Shown: one piece after another, positions 9,732-20,083 of the stretch
Numbering within the stretch: position 1 is the first letter of the stretch
How the letters are laid out: every line of letters starts with the position of its first letter
From: an uncultured delta proteobacterium
GTDB lineage: Bacteria; Myxococcota_A; Polyangia; Haliangiales; Haliangiaceae
NCBI GenBank assembly: GCA_963848295.1
Contig: CAWKDB010000010.1
Location: 2,464,001-2,528,000 of the forward strand
Length of the DNA stretch: 64,000 nucleotides
Direction of reading: 5' to 3'
The notes under the pieces: model-generated
Told to the model about the DNA's origin: nothing
What the model saw: the letters and a program-made list of their open reading frames with translations, nothing else
The model's database searches: none
Translations under genes and position numbers: made by a program

Positions 9732-10865
9732 ATGGCGTCCGAGCTACCCCTCGAGCTTCTCCACCGTCTGCCGAAGACCGACCTGCACTGTCATCTCGAC
9801 GGTTCGGTCCGTCTCGACACCGTGCTCGACCTCGCGAGCCGGCACTCGATCAAGCTGCCCACGTTCGATCGCGCCGGCTTGTTCAAGATGCTGTTCGCGG
9901 GCGAGCACGTGACGTCGCTCGACGACTACCTGCGCGGGTTCGACATCACGCTCAGCGTGATGCAGACCGAAGACGCGCTCGAGCGCGTCGCGTACGAGCT
10001 CGCCGAAGACGCCCATCGCGAGAACGTGCGCTACCTCGAGGTGCGTTACTCGCCGCTGCTTCACCTGCGCGACGGGTTGCGACCGGCGCAAGTCGTCGAG
10101 GCCGTGCTGCGAGGCTTGCGCGCCGCGAAGCGCGAGCTCGGCATTCGCTACGGCTTGATCCTGTGCGCGATCCGCTCGCTCGGACCGGAGTCGTCGCTGC
10201 GCATCGCCGAGCTGTGCGTCGCGTTCAAGAACCGCGGCGTCGTCGGCTTCGATCTCGCGGGGAGCGAGGTCAACAACCCGGCGAAGGTGCATCGCCAGGC
10301 GTTCCAGCTCGTGATCGACAACAACATCAACTGCACCGCGCATGCCGGCGAGTCGTTCGGGCCCGACTCGGTCCATCAGGCGATCCACAAGTGCGGCGCG
10401 CATCGCATCGGCCACGGCACGCGCTTGGTCGAGAGCGGCGACTTGCTCAACTACGTCAACGACCACCGCATCCCGCTCGAGGTCTGCCCGTCGAGCAACT
10501 TGCAGACCCGCGCCGCGACGAGCTGGGAGACCCATCCGGTCGATTTCTTCGTCGACTACGGCCTGCGCGTGACGATCAACACCGACAACCGGCTGATGTC
10601 GGACACGACCGTCACGAAAGAGCTGCACCTGTGCCACCTGCACTACGGCTGGTCGCTCCACACGATCAAAGAGATCATCATCGCGGGCTTCAAGAGCGCG
10701 TTCATGCCGTACCGCGAGAAGGCCGACCTCGTCGCCGAGGTCAGCCGCGAGCTGGCGACCTACGATGACCCGCGCGGCGAGGTCACAGGTCGCGTCGGTC
10801 TAGTCGAGAGCGAGGCGCCGACGAGCGCGCCGCCCGCGCCGCCGAAGCCGAAGCTCGTGTCGTAG
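9732..10865 (+). CDS. add: Adenosine deaminase
   Basis: PKTDLHCHLDGS, YLEVRYSP, GFDLAG, TAHAGE, RIGHG, LEVCPSSN, INTDN. Confidence 0.95.
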   Translation: MASELPLELLHRLPKTDLHCHLDGSVRLDTVLDLASRHSIKLPTFDRAGLFKMLFAGEHVTSLDDYLRGFDITLSVMQTEDALERVAYELAEDAHRENVRYLEVRYSPLLHLRDGLRPAQVVEAVLRGLRAAKRELGIRYGLILCAIRSLGPESSLRIAELCVAFKNRGVVGFDLAGSEVNNPAKVHRQAFQLVIDNNINCTAHAGESFGPDSVHQAIHKCGAHRIGHGTRLVESGDLLNYVNDHRIPLEVCPSSNLQTRAATSWETHPVDFFVDYGLRVTINTDNRLMSDTTVTKELHLCHLHYGWSLHTIKEIIIAGFKSAFMPYREKADLVAEVSRELATYDDPRGEVTGRVGLVESEAPTSAPPAPPKPKLVS

Positions 10866-10886
10866 CGCTCAGGGCATCGCGACCGC

Positions 10887-11747
10887 TCACTGGGTCACGA
10901 ACGTGTAGTCGAGCGGCGCGAGCATATTGCCCGATGCGTCGGTTATCGCGCTCGACAACGTGTACTCGATGGTCGCGGCCGCCGGGAAGGCAGCGGTCGG
11001 CGTGAAGCGGTACAGCGCGTACGGGTCGGCGATGACGAACGAGACCGTGCCGTCGACCGGCGTGCCGTCCGCGGTGACGACCAGCGATGTCGTGTCGAGG
11101 TTCTCCACGATCTCGTCGAAGTAGAGATCGATCGTGGTGTCGTCGGGGATGTTCACATCGCCGTTGAGGGGCAGCTCGTCGACGAGGTGCGGCGCGACCG
11201 TGTCGGCCGCCGTGGTGAACGACCACGACGTCTGGACGATCGTGTAGCCGCTCGGCTCGAGCAACGCGGGAAACAGCGTCACCGTGTAATCCGTCGAGCC
11301 AGAGAGCTGGAGATACGCACCGACATCGATCGTCCCAGGTACGGCGGACTGGGTGTAGAGCACAGGTGTATCGCTCGCCGACATCAGCAACGCCGCGTTC
11401 GCGTCGGCCGCAGCAACCGGAACATCGAACGTCACGGACAGCTGCGCGTCGACCGGGACGTCGAGCTGGAGGTTCGTCGGCGTGAACCCCTCGATGTTCG
11501 CGACCGGCAACGGCGGCGCATCGACGAGGACCAGGACGTCCTGACCGACATCATCCTCGGTGAACCCGCCATCGATCGCGGTTTCGCACTCCGCACCCGC
11601 GCCGTCGAGGTGACAGCGATTGTCGTCGGCGGAGCACGTGTAGTTGTCGGGGCACGACCCGGCCAAGCCGCACACGAAGCCGCAGGCCGGCTGCGGCGTT
11701 CGGTAGCAGCCCGCGACCACGAGGAGCAGGCACGCGAACCTAGCCAT
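10887..11747 (-). CDS. Lipoprotein with Cys-rich N-terminal module and two bacterial Ig-like (Big_5-type) domains
   Basis: Lipobox VAGC; CGFVCGLAGSCPDNYTC motif; WSFTT, DTVAP and ITDASGN-type Ig repeats. Confidence 0.7.
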   Translation of the reverse strand: MARFACLLLVVAGCYRTPQPACGFVCGLAGSCPDNYTCSADDNRCHLDGAGAECETAIDGGFTEDDVGQDVLVLVDAPPLPVANIEGFTPTNLQLDVPVDAQLSVTFDVPVAAADANAALLMSASDTPVLYTQSAVPGTIDVGAYLQLSGSTDYTVTLFPALLEPSGYTIVQTSWSFTTAADTVAPHLVDELPLNGDVNIPDDTTIDLYFDEIVENLDTTSLVVTADGTPVDGTVSFVIADPYALYRFTPTAAFPAAATIEYTLSSAITDASGNMLAPLDYTFVTQ

Positions 11748-11765
11748 CTCATCGACGCTAGCACG

Positions 11766-12128
11766 CTAAGGCAGCGTGAGCTGGAGCTGGTGCTCGAGCT
11801 CGCCGGTGTCGCCGTCGACGGTGACGTCGAGCACGATCGTCGGTGGCCGCTCGCCTGCGAAGCGCGCCACGATCATCGGCGTATCGTCGGCGCCGTCGAT
11901 CGTCGCGGTGTCATCGAGCAACGTCCAGTGGAACGTCAGCGTCGCGCTTGGATCGTCGATATCGGCGGATGCCGAGCCGTCGATCGTCACCGGCGTTTGC
12001 TGGCCGTCACCTTGCGGGATCGCGGTCGGCGTCGTGGCAATTCGCGCCACGGGAGCCCGGTCCGGCGACGCCGCGCAGCCAGCAGCGACGGCGAACGCGA
12101 ACGTCACGGTGGTGCTGAGCCTCGGCAC
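11766..12128 (-). CDS. Small lipoprotein with PKD/Ig-like domain
   Basis: Lipobox AAGC; VTIDGSASADID...LTFHW pattern. Confidence 0.6.
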   Translation of the reverse strand: MPRLSTTVTFAFAVAAGCAASPDRAPVARIATTPTAIPQGDGQQTPVTIDGSASADIDDPSATLTFHWTLLDDTATIDGADDTPMIVARFAGERPPTIVLDVTVDGDTGELEHQLQLTLP

Positions 12129-12154
12129 GGTCGGTGGTGTACCATCGTGGTTAG

Positions 12155-12941
12155 ATGGAGGCCAAGCTCGACCGCGAGCGGTTACGCGCGATCGTCGAGC
12201 CGCATTGGCGCCGGCTGTACAACTTCGTGTTCCGGCTCACGCTCGATCGCGAGCGCTGCGAGCGTTACGTCGGCGATATCTTCGCAGTCGCGATCGGCAA
12301 GATCGCCGAGCTGCCGGCGACCGAAAGCGACGCGCTCGTCTGGTTGCTCGGTATCGCGAACGAGCTGCTCGAGGATCGGCTGCCTCGGCAGCCCGAGGTC
12401 AACTTCGACATCCTCGACGAGACCTTGCGCAGCGAAGCGACGCGCACCGACGTCGTGCGCTCGCTCAGCGATCCGCAGCGCGACTTGCTGCTGTGGGAGC
12501 TCAAGCAAGGTTGCATGACGTCGGTCATCAACTGCTTGCCGCCCGGGCGAGCGCGCCGCGTTCGTCGTGTGCCACGTGTTGAAGCTGCCCGACGATCAAG
12601 CGGCGAAGAGCCTCGCGATCACGGAGAGCGCGTACAAGGTCCGGCTGTCTCGCGCGCGCAAGAAGGTCGGCGACTACCTCGCGCCGCGCTGCGAGCACGT
12701 CAATCCGAATAATCCGTGTCGCTGCCCGGCGCGCGTCGGCACCGCGCTGCACAAAGGCTTCATCGGCCCGATCGGCCGCGAAGTCTCGCTGCGCAAGCCG
12801 GAGCCGTACGGTCGCTACGGCACCGGCATCGGCAACGACGACGCTCCGATGCGCGACATCGCCGCGATCTACGGCAGCTTGCCCGAGCCCGATCCGCCCG
12901 AGGATTTTGCGGCGAAGATCGTCGACCAGCTCGGCAGCTAG
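12155..12941 (+). CDS. ECF sigma factor with Cys-rich C-terminal extension (frameshift near 12545)
   Basis: Region 2 (RRLYNFVFRL...WLLGIA) in ORF 12155; region 4 (AKSLAITESAYKVRLSRARKK) and CEHVNPNNPCRC in ORF 12567; joined by a single indel. Confidence 0.8.
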
Positions 12942-12949
12942 GGCCGGAT

Positions 12950-13153
12950 CACCGCGCAAAGCAAGACATCCCGCCCAAGACGCGGCGGTTCGTGTTCCAT
13001 CGCGACGGCGGTACGTGCGTCGTCCAGGCTGTCGCTCGAAGCGGTTCCTCGATGTCCATCACATCATCGCGCGCGCCGACGGCGGCAGCCACGATGCCGA
13101 GAACTTGGTCGTGATGATGCAGCCTGCATCACCGCGAGCTGCATGCAGGGCTA
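12950..13153 (+). pseudogene. HNH endonuclease C-terminal remnant (DUF222/HNH-type)
   Basis: Across frames: RAKQDIPPKTRRFVFHRDGGTCVV/GCRSKRFLDVHHIIARADGGSHDAENLVV/CSLHHRELHAG; no start codon or N-terminal domain. Confidence 0.75.
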
Positions 13154-14065
13154 GCGATACGCGCACGGCCGGGCCGCGATCGCCTCGGCGGCCGCGCGAT
13201 CGGCAGGCACAGCTTCGGCGAAGCTCGTCGCGAGATCGCGAATCGCGTCGACCGTCATGTGATCGCGGCACATCGCGACCTGCGCGGCGTTACCGAGCGC
13301 GGCGAGCTCGAGCGCCGCGGCGTCGCGCGCGGGCTGCGCCTTGCTCGCGATGCGGGCGATCTCGAGCCAGCGCGCCGCGGGTGGAATCGACTCGCGCGGC
13401 CAGCCGAAGTACGCCGCGGCGAGCGCGATCGCCGGAACCGCGCCTCGATCGGCCCTTGCGTAGCCGGCGCACAGCCTGATCACTTCGTCCGGGTCGCCGA
13501 TCGTGCGGCCGGCTTCGATCATGCGCCTGCATGGTGTGAGCGGATCCGGCGGCTGCGAAGCTGTACGGTCGATCTGATCTGCGTCATCCATCCTCCCGGC
13601 TCCGCGATACTCGGCCGCGACCAGACCGGCGAGGTCCGCCTCGACGCGCGGTTCCCCGTGCAGCGCCGTCGCAACCGCCGCGGCGGGTTCGTTCGCGAGC
13701 ACCGCGGCTAGCAGGATCTGGTGCGGCGCGGTGGCGTGAGCGCAACGCGCCTCGGCTGCGAGCGCGAGCGCGAAGCTGTGATGACCGGCGTCGCACAGGG
13801 CCTGCTCGCACGGGTCACGTTCGTCCGACGCGAGCAGCGTCGTCCGCGCGCAATGCTCCACCGCGCGCGCTGCCGCGAGCTCGACTGGCACGGCCTCGGC
13901 CGCGACGGGCGGCCCGGCGAACGTGAACGCCGCGGTCAGCTCCGGCCGCGGCGCGAGCTCGAGTGGAAACAGGCGTTGCACCTGGGGATCGGGCGACCCA
14001 GGCGTCGCCGGCTTCAGCGCCGGGGCCGAGCTGCACGCGACCAACATCAGCACCACGCCGCGCAT
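13151..14065 (-). CDS. Hypothetical Ala-rich helical lipoprotein
   Basis: MRGVVLMLVAC lipobox-like start within the long ORF; 304 aa. Confidence 0.55.
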   Translation of the reverse strand: MRGVVLMLVACSSAPALKPATPGSPDPQVQRLFPLELAPRPELTAAFTFAGPPVAAEAVPVELAAARAVEHCARTTLLASDERDPCEQALCDAGHHSFALALAAEARCAHATAPHQILLAAVLANEPAAAVATALHGEPRVEADLAGLVAAEYRGAGRMDDADQIDRTASQPPDPLTPCRRMIEAGRTIGDPDEVIRLCAGYARADRGAVPAIALAAAYFGWPRESIPPAARWLEIARIASKAQPARDAAALELAALGNAAQVAMCRDHMTVDAIRDLATSFAEAVPADRAAAEAIAARPCAYR

Positions 14066-14103
14066 GCCACCACGACACCACCTTCCCGCCCGCATTGCAG
14101 CCG

Positions 14104-15271
14104 TTACTTCGCCGCGGCGAACGCGCGCTCGAGGTCGCGCTGCAAGTCGACGAGATCTTCGATCCCGACCGACAGCCGGATAAAGCCGTCGACGATGCCG
14201 AGCGCGGCGCGGCGATCCGCCGGGATGCTCGCGTGCGTCATGATCGCGGGGTGCTCGACCAGCGACTCGACGCCACCGAGCGACTCGGCGAGCGTGAAGA
14301 TCCGGCAGGTCGACAAGAACCGGCGCGATGCGTCGAGCCCGCCCTTCAGCACGAAGCTGATCATCCCGCCGAACCCGCGTTGCTGCTGCTTCGCGAGCGC
14401 GTGCTGCGGATGCGATTCCAGGCCCGGGTAGTAGACACGCTCGACCTGCGGATGGCGCACGAGCCACTCGGCGAGCGCGCGCGCGTTGTGCTCGTGGCGA
14501 TCCATCCGGACGTGCAACGTCTTCGTGCCGCGCAACACCATGAAGCAGTCCATCGGCCCGAGCTGCGCACCGATCGCGTTCTGCAGAAACGCGACGCGAT
14601 CGCGGAGCTCGGCGTCCTTGAACACGAGGCAGCCGCCGACGACGTCGGAGTGGCCGTTCAAATACTTCGTCATCGAGTGGGCGGAGATATCGGCGCCGAG
14701 CTCGAGCGGCCGTTGCAGATACGGCGTCATGAACGTGTTGTCGACCGCGAGCAGCACGCCCTTGTGCTTGCACACCGCCGCGACCGCCGCGATGTCGCAC
14801 AGCTTCAACATCGGATTCGTCGGGGTCTCGATCCACACCAGCTTGGTCTTCGGCGTGATCGCCGCTTCGACCGCCGCGCCGCCCGCGGCGGGATCGACGT
14901 ACGTGAACTCGAAGCCGAGCCGGCGGAACACCTTGTCGAACAGGCGGAACGTGCCGCCGTACATGTCGTCGCACGCGACGATGTGGGTGCCGGCTGTCGA
15001 ACAGCGCGAGCAGCGTCGAGGTCGCGGCGAGCCCGGACGCGAAGCACAGCGCACCGGCGCCGCCTTCGAGCGCGGCGATGTTGTCCTGGAGCGCGAACCG
15101 CGTCTTGTTGTGCGTGCGCGAGTACTCGTAGCCCTTGTGCACGCCGGGCTCTGACTGCGCGTAGGTCGAGGTCATGTAGATCGGCGTCATCACCGCGCCG
15201 GTCACCGGATCCGGCTCTTGACCGGCGTGGATCGCTCTCGTTCCGAACCCGTCTTCGCCGTGCTTCGTCAT
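14104..15271 (-). CDS. Cystathionine gamma-lyase/gamma-synthase (Cys/Met metabolism PLP enzyme); frameshift near 14995
   Basis: FGTRAIHAGQEPD, YEYSRTHN, CFASGLAA in one frame; WIETPTNP, VDNTF, HSMTKYLNGHSDV, AESLGGVESL, RLSVGIED in the other. Confidence 0.9.
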
Positions 15272-15274
15272 GAG

Positions 15275-15763
15275 CTAGTCCTCGAATCGAAAGCTGTTCG
15301 GATCCTTTTCCATGATCCGCTCCATCGCGGCTTCTTCGAGCAAGTCGATCATCCGCTGACCGCCGTACTTCTTCATCAGCTTGTCGTCGTACTCGTCGGC
15401 GACGAGCGCGACGTCGCGCAGCGTGGCGTTGAGCTCTTCGGAGTCGAGCGTCGTGCCGCCCAGGATCGTGTGGGTGAACAACACGGTGTGCTCGCCCGGG
15501 TCCCACGCGAACGCACCGAATCGCAGGTGCGCGTTGAGCTCGAGCAGTTGCTTCGCGAGCGGGCCATCGACGTCGACGCCTTTGACCAGCTGCGACGTGC
15601 ACCGCACCATCGCGCGGTTGTCGCCCCACGGGACGACGCTGATCATCACGTAGGCCGAGCCTTGCTTGATGACGTACAGCGAGTCGTCGATCTTGCGATA
15701 CGCGGGGCTCGCTTGCAGGGTGCGCTCGATCAGGAGCGCCGTCGCAACCTCGGCGGGATTCAT
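15275..15763 (-). CDS. YbjN/T3SS-chaperone-like (CesT fold) protein
   Basis: 162 aa, LLELNAHLRFGAFA...VALVADEYDDKL pattern; 3 nt from the next gene. Confidence 0.7.
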   Translation of the reverse strand: MNPAEVATALLIERTLQASPAYRKIDDSLYVIKQGSAYVMISVVPWGDNRAMVRCTSQLVKGVDVDGPLAKQLLELNAHLRFGAFAWDPGEHTVLFTHTILGGTTLDSEELNATLRDVALVADEYDDKLMKKYGGQRMIDLLEEAAMERIMEKDPNSFRFED

Positions 15764-15845
15764 GGCCCAGGTGTTAACACGGCTGCCACTTCGTGTGAGA
15801 GATCCCGCGCCCCTCCCCGACGGTGGGCGTGCGATAATCGCGGTC

Positions 15846-17207
15846 GTGCGGACGGTGGTACTCGCGCTCGCGTTCGTCGGCCTCATGGCCCGCGCAGCGG
15901 TCGCCGACGCGATCAAGCAGATCGTCGTCGAGGACAACACCAAGACCACGACCGACACGGTGCTGCTGATGGCGCGCGTCTCGGTCGGCGATGACTGGAA
16001 CGTCGACCTGGTCGAGCAGATCCGCGACCGCCTCGAGACGACCGGGCTGTTCCGCGACGTCCAGCGTGTTCTGGGATCCGGTCGAGGGCGGCGTGAAGCT
16101 CCACATCGTCGTCCAAGACAAGTTCTCGCGGCTCGTCGGCGCCGACGTTCTACGACCAGCCGACGAACAAGGGCGGTGGCGTCGGCTACGGCGACAACAA
16201 CCTCGGAGGCGTCGATCAGAAGCTGTTGCTCTACGCGCAGCTCGCGACCGGCGATTCGTTCTTTCTCGGCGTCTGGCAGATCCCATCGATCGGCGGCACG
16301 CACCTGTACGCGCAGATCGATACGTATCTGCGCGACTCGCGCGATCATCGAGTACGCCGAGCCCACGAAGTACATCGACAACCCGATCGCGGTGCGGCAA
16401 TCGCGGCTGATCTACCTCAACGGTGGCGTCCGCCTCGGCTACGAGATCGTCGCGCGGCATCAAGCTCGACACACGCTTGCGCGGCGCCTGGGTCGGCTAC
16501 GAGCATGTCGAGCTCGCCGACGGCGCCGGCATCAATGACGTCACTCCGGGCGGCGATCCGAACGCGCCGCTCGCGAAGCCGGGCAAGCAGGGCTGGGACG
16601 TCTCGAACGAGTGGGACTTCACGCTCGATCGCCGGATCGACTTCAACGGCGTGCAGAGCGGCTATCGCTACATGCTGACGTACGAGCGCGCGCTGCCCTC
16701 GCTCGGCTCGGACTTTCACTACTACTCGGTCGGGCTGTACACGGTCAACGCGATCAAGCTCCTCGAGCGCCACGACCTCGTGCTTCGCGGCTCGCTCAAC
16801 GTCGGCCACAACCTGCCGTTCCAGCAGGAGTTCACGACCGGAGGCACGGCGATGCGCGGCTGGCTCAACGATCAGTTCCGCGGCGACCTGAAGGTCGCGG
16901 CGACCGCGGAGTACTCGTTCCCGCTGTTCGGCATCGACCTCGGTGAGAAGCTCGGCACGCTGTCGCTGCGCGGCTTGGGCTTTTGGGACTCGCGCGTACA
17001 CGACGTTCATGTCGGCCGACAATCCCGACCGCAACTATCTGCCGAACGCAATGCCGCGCGGGCTCGCACCGTTCAAGAACTCGGTCGGCGTCGGCACGCG
17101 CTTCTACTCTGAGCGGCCTCGTGCTGCCACTCCTGGGTCTCGATTTTGGGTATGGTCTGGAAGCCGGTGACTTCCAGATCTACCTCGCGATCGGCCTCAC
17201 GACCTGA
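15846..17207 (+). CDS. Omp85 (BamA/TamA-family) outer membrane protein with one POTRA domain; about 6 frameshifts
   Basis: Stitched frames give a signal peptide, POTRA (EDNTKTT...LETTGLFRDV), barrel strands, MRGW...FRGD lid motif and C-terminal LGLDFGYG...IYLAIG. Confidence 0.75.
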
Positions 17208-17228
17208 TCGGCACTACGGCGGCTAGCA

Positions 17229-18950
17229 ATGCGGTTCTGTCCGTTTTGCAGCGCGGAGAATGCCGACGAGCTCGCCGTATGCCAGGCGTGCGGCCGACGC
17301 TTGCCGCCGTTGCCGCCGCGCCGTGCGCGCAACGCGCCGCCGACCGGCGTGCAGCTGCCGATCCGGCCTCCGACGTCGCCGACCAAGCCGCCCTCGCAGA
17401 TCAGGCCGCCGGTGCGCGACAGCGTCACCGCGATCTCGCCGCCGCCGCGCGAGGCGCCGCCGACGATCGTGTCGGCCCCGCCGCCGTCGAGCGCATCATC
17501 CGGGCCGCGGCGTGACAGTGCTCCGCGCCGTTGCCGCCGCCGCCCGAGGCGCCGGCTTTTCCACCGCCGCCCGCGACCGCCGCCGTGGGCCGACGCCGGC
17601 CGGCCAAGCGCTGCTCGATGCGTTGAGCCCGGCGCCGAGCGCCGCAGCGCCGGCCGCCCACCGCCGACGCCCGCACGCGGTCCCGACGATCCGGCGCGTC
17701 GCCGCTCCGATTCCGCCCCCCCGCCGACGCCGCGCCCCAAGCCCGCGTCGATCCCACCGCCGCTGCCGTTCGCGGCGCCGCCGCCGCTGCATTCGCCGGC
17801 CCGCCAGCCGCTGGATATCGCGCCGCTGCGCGTGACGAGCGATGGCGGCGAAGGACCACCGCCGACCCGCATCCATCGGCCAGAGGCGATGGTCGATCGG
17901 CCGTTCACGCCGCCGAAGGTGCTCGCGGTGCCGGAGATTCCCGAGCCCGGGCTCGTCAACGCCGCGAGGTACGCCGCGACGTTCTGGCGCGCGCGCTGGC
18001 AACGCCGCGGTGCGATCAAGCTGCTATGCGATCGAGATCAAGCAAGATACCGAGGCGCTCGATCAGGTGCTCGGCGCGCTCGGCCGCGCGGCGCGCGGCG
18101 CGCGAGTCGAGAGTCGGGTGTTCTCCGCGGAGAACTCCGCGATCAGCGCCGCCGAGGAGCGGATCGCGGCGCTCGCAGAAGGAGACCGCCGAGGTCGAAG
18201 GTCGCAAGGCCGAAGAGAACTCGAAGTTCGTCGACGTCGAGAGCGAGCGCAACACGAAGCTCGCCGACGCCGAGCGCGGGGTCGACGAAGCGCAGCGCGA
18301 GCTCGCGAACCTCGAAGGCCAGCGGCGCAGCCTGCGCGATAAACGCAAGGAGCTCGAGCGCCGCCAGAAGGCGTACCTGAAGACCGCGGAGGACCACGAC
18401 CGCCAGGCCGGTGGCGCGCAGATGGGCGATCAACGGCAAGAGCTGCGCCGGGCCGCCGAGGGCCATCGCCGCGAGGCCGCCGCGCTCGAGCCCGATCGCC
18501 AAGAGGTCGAACGCCGGGCCGCGGCACTCGAGCGGCCGATCGCCGAGGTCACGGCGACGCCTCGACGCCGCGAAGGCCGAGCTCGACGCGGCCAAGCGCA
18601 GCCTCAACGATGCGCGCGAAGGCCACACCCATCGCCTCGCCGAGCTCGACTCCGAACAGAAGCGCAAGGCCCGCGAGATCGGGCTGGCGGAGTCCGAGAT
18701 CTCGCGCCGGCTCGTGACGCTCGGCACGCTCGTCAACCTCAACCGAGTCGAAGACCCGCAATTCGCCGAGCTCTACCTGCGCATCGATCGGCTGCGCACC
18801 GCGATCACCGCGCGCACGACCGAGATCGAGAAGCTGACCGCCGAGCGCGAGGCGTACGATCGGGGCACGTTGTTCCGCGGCGCCGCGGCGATCGGTGGCG
18901 CGTTCGTCGCATTGATCGCGGTCATCGTCATCCTGCGCGCGATCCTGTGA
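17229..18950 (+). CDS. Zinc-ribbon / Pro-rich linker / coiled-coil protein with C-terminal TM; several frameshifts
   Basis: MRFCPFCSAEN...CQACG, Pro-rich tract, then coiled-coil segments in ORFs 17842, 18026 and 18411 ending in a TM helix. Confidence 0.65.
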
Positions 18951-18973
18951 CCGTGTTAGCCTGCTGAGGAGTC

Positions 18974-20077
18974 GTGCCGAAGGTCTTGGTCTCGAACAAC
19001 AGCGAGTTGCTGCGGCACTTCACGGCGCCGCCGTTCCAGCGACTCGGGCTCGAGATCAGCGTCGCGAACACCGCCGACGAAGCGCGCGCGATGTTCCAGC
19101 GCGACGAGCCCGCGATCGTGATCCTCGATGCCGAGCTCGGTGACGGCGCCGGGCTCGACGTCGCACGCACGATCAAGCACAAGAACCCGTCGACCCGCGT
19201 GATCGTCGTCGCGAACAAACGCCTCGACGGCGATCAGATGCGCGAGATCACCGCGTGCGGCTGCGACGAGATCCTGATCGCGCCGATGACCGCGGACGAG
19301 CTGCACGACGTCATCGCGCTCCAACTCGGCGAGCCGCGGCCCGGCACCGAGGGATTCGCGCTCACGATCGAGCTCGGCGGCAAGAAGGTCGACGCCACGG
19401 TGTCGAACCTCTCGATCGATGGCGTGCGGCTCGTGCTCGCCGAACCGGTCGGCGAAGGCCAGCCGGTCGCGGTGACCGTGACTCCGGCCGGCGAGCAACC
19501 CGTGACGATTCGCGGCACCGCGGTCTGGGCACAGCCCCGCGACGGCAAGACCGTGATCGGCGTGGCGTTCGATACGCTGAACGATCAGGCGCGCGCGGTG
19601 CTCGCGAAGCTCACGCAATGGCAGGTCGTCAAGGACGGCGACCGCACGCGCGTCGTGTTGCGCGGCGACTTCACCGAGGCGACCCGGTTCGACGAGCTGC
19701 TGCCAGCGATGGTCGGCCGCGTCGTGTTCGACACAGCGCAGGTGACCTACATGAACTCGCTCGGCGTGCGCGCGTGGTGCGAGTTCCTGCGCCAAGCGCG
19801 AATTCAGGGCTACGAGTTCCACGCGTGCTCGGTGCCGTTCATCCTGCAAGCGTCGATGGTGCGCGACGTGATCGGCCGCGGCACGGTGACCTCGTTCTTC
19901 GCGCCGTTCCACTGCATCACGTGCGATCACCAAGAGGAGCGCCTGCTGCAGAGCGCCGCGATCCTCGCATCTGCGCTCGAACCGCCGACGTTCAAGTGCC
20001 CGAGCTGCGGCGGCGCGCTCGAGTTCGACGATCTGCCCGAGCGCTACTTCGCGTTTCTCGCGGAAGATCCGGACTAG
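18974..20077 (+). CDS. Atypical receiver-PilZ-STAS-like-Zn ribbon signalling protein
   Basis: REC-like N-terminus (VILDAELGDGAGLDVARTIK), PilZ NLSIDG, STAS-like YMNSLGVRAW, CITC...CPSC. Confidence 0.75.
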   Translation: MPKVLVSNNSELLRHFTAPPFQRLGLEISVANTADEARAMFQRDEPAIVILDAELGDGAGLDVARTIKHKNPSTRVIVVANKRLDGDQMREITACGCDEILIAPMTADELHDVIALQLGEPRPGTEGFALTIELGGKKVDATVSNLSIDGVRLVLAEPVGEGQPVAVTVTPAGEQPVTIRGTAVWAQPRDGKTVIGVAFDTLNDQARAVLAKLTQWQVVKDGDRTRVVLRGDFTEATRFDELLPAMVGRVVFDTAQVTYMNSLGVRAWCEFLRQARIQGYEFHACSVPFILQASMVRDVIGRGTVTSFFAPFHCITCDHQEERLLQSAAILASALEPPTFKCPSCGGALEFDDLPERYFAFLAEDPD

Positions 20078-20083
20078 GGCGGC

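Noticed and set aside
12540..12550. Programmed frameshift in the ECF sigma gene
   Set aside because: No slippery heptamer, and it lies in the block with many other indels, so sequencing error is more likely.
13151..15271. 706-aa ORF apparently fusing a cystathionine lyase N-terminus to a lipoprotein
   Set aside because: Artefact of the frameshift near 14995; these are two separate genes.
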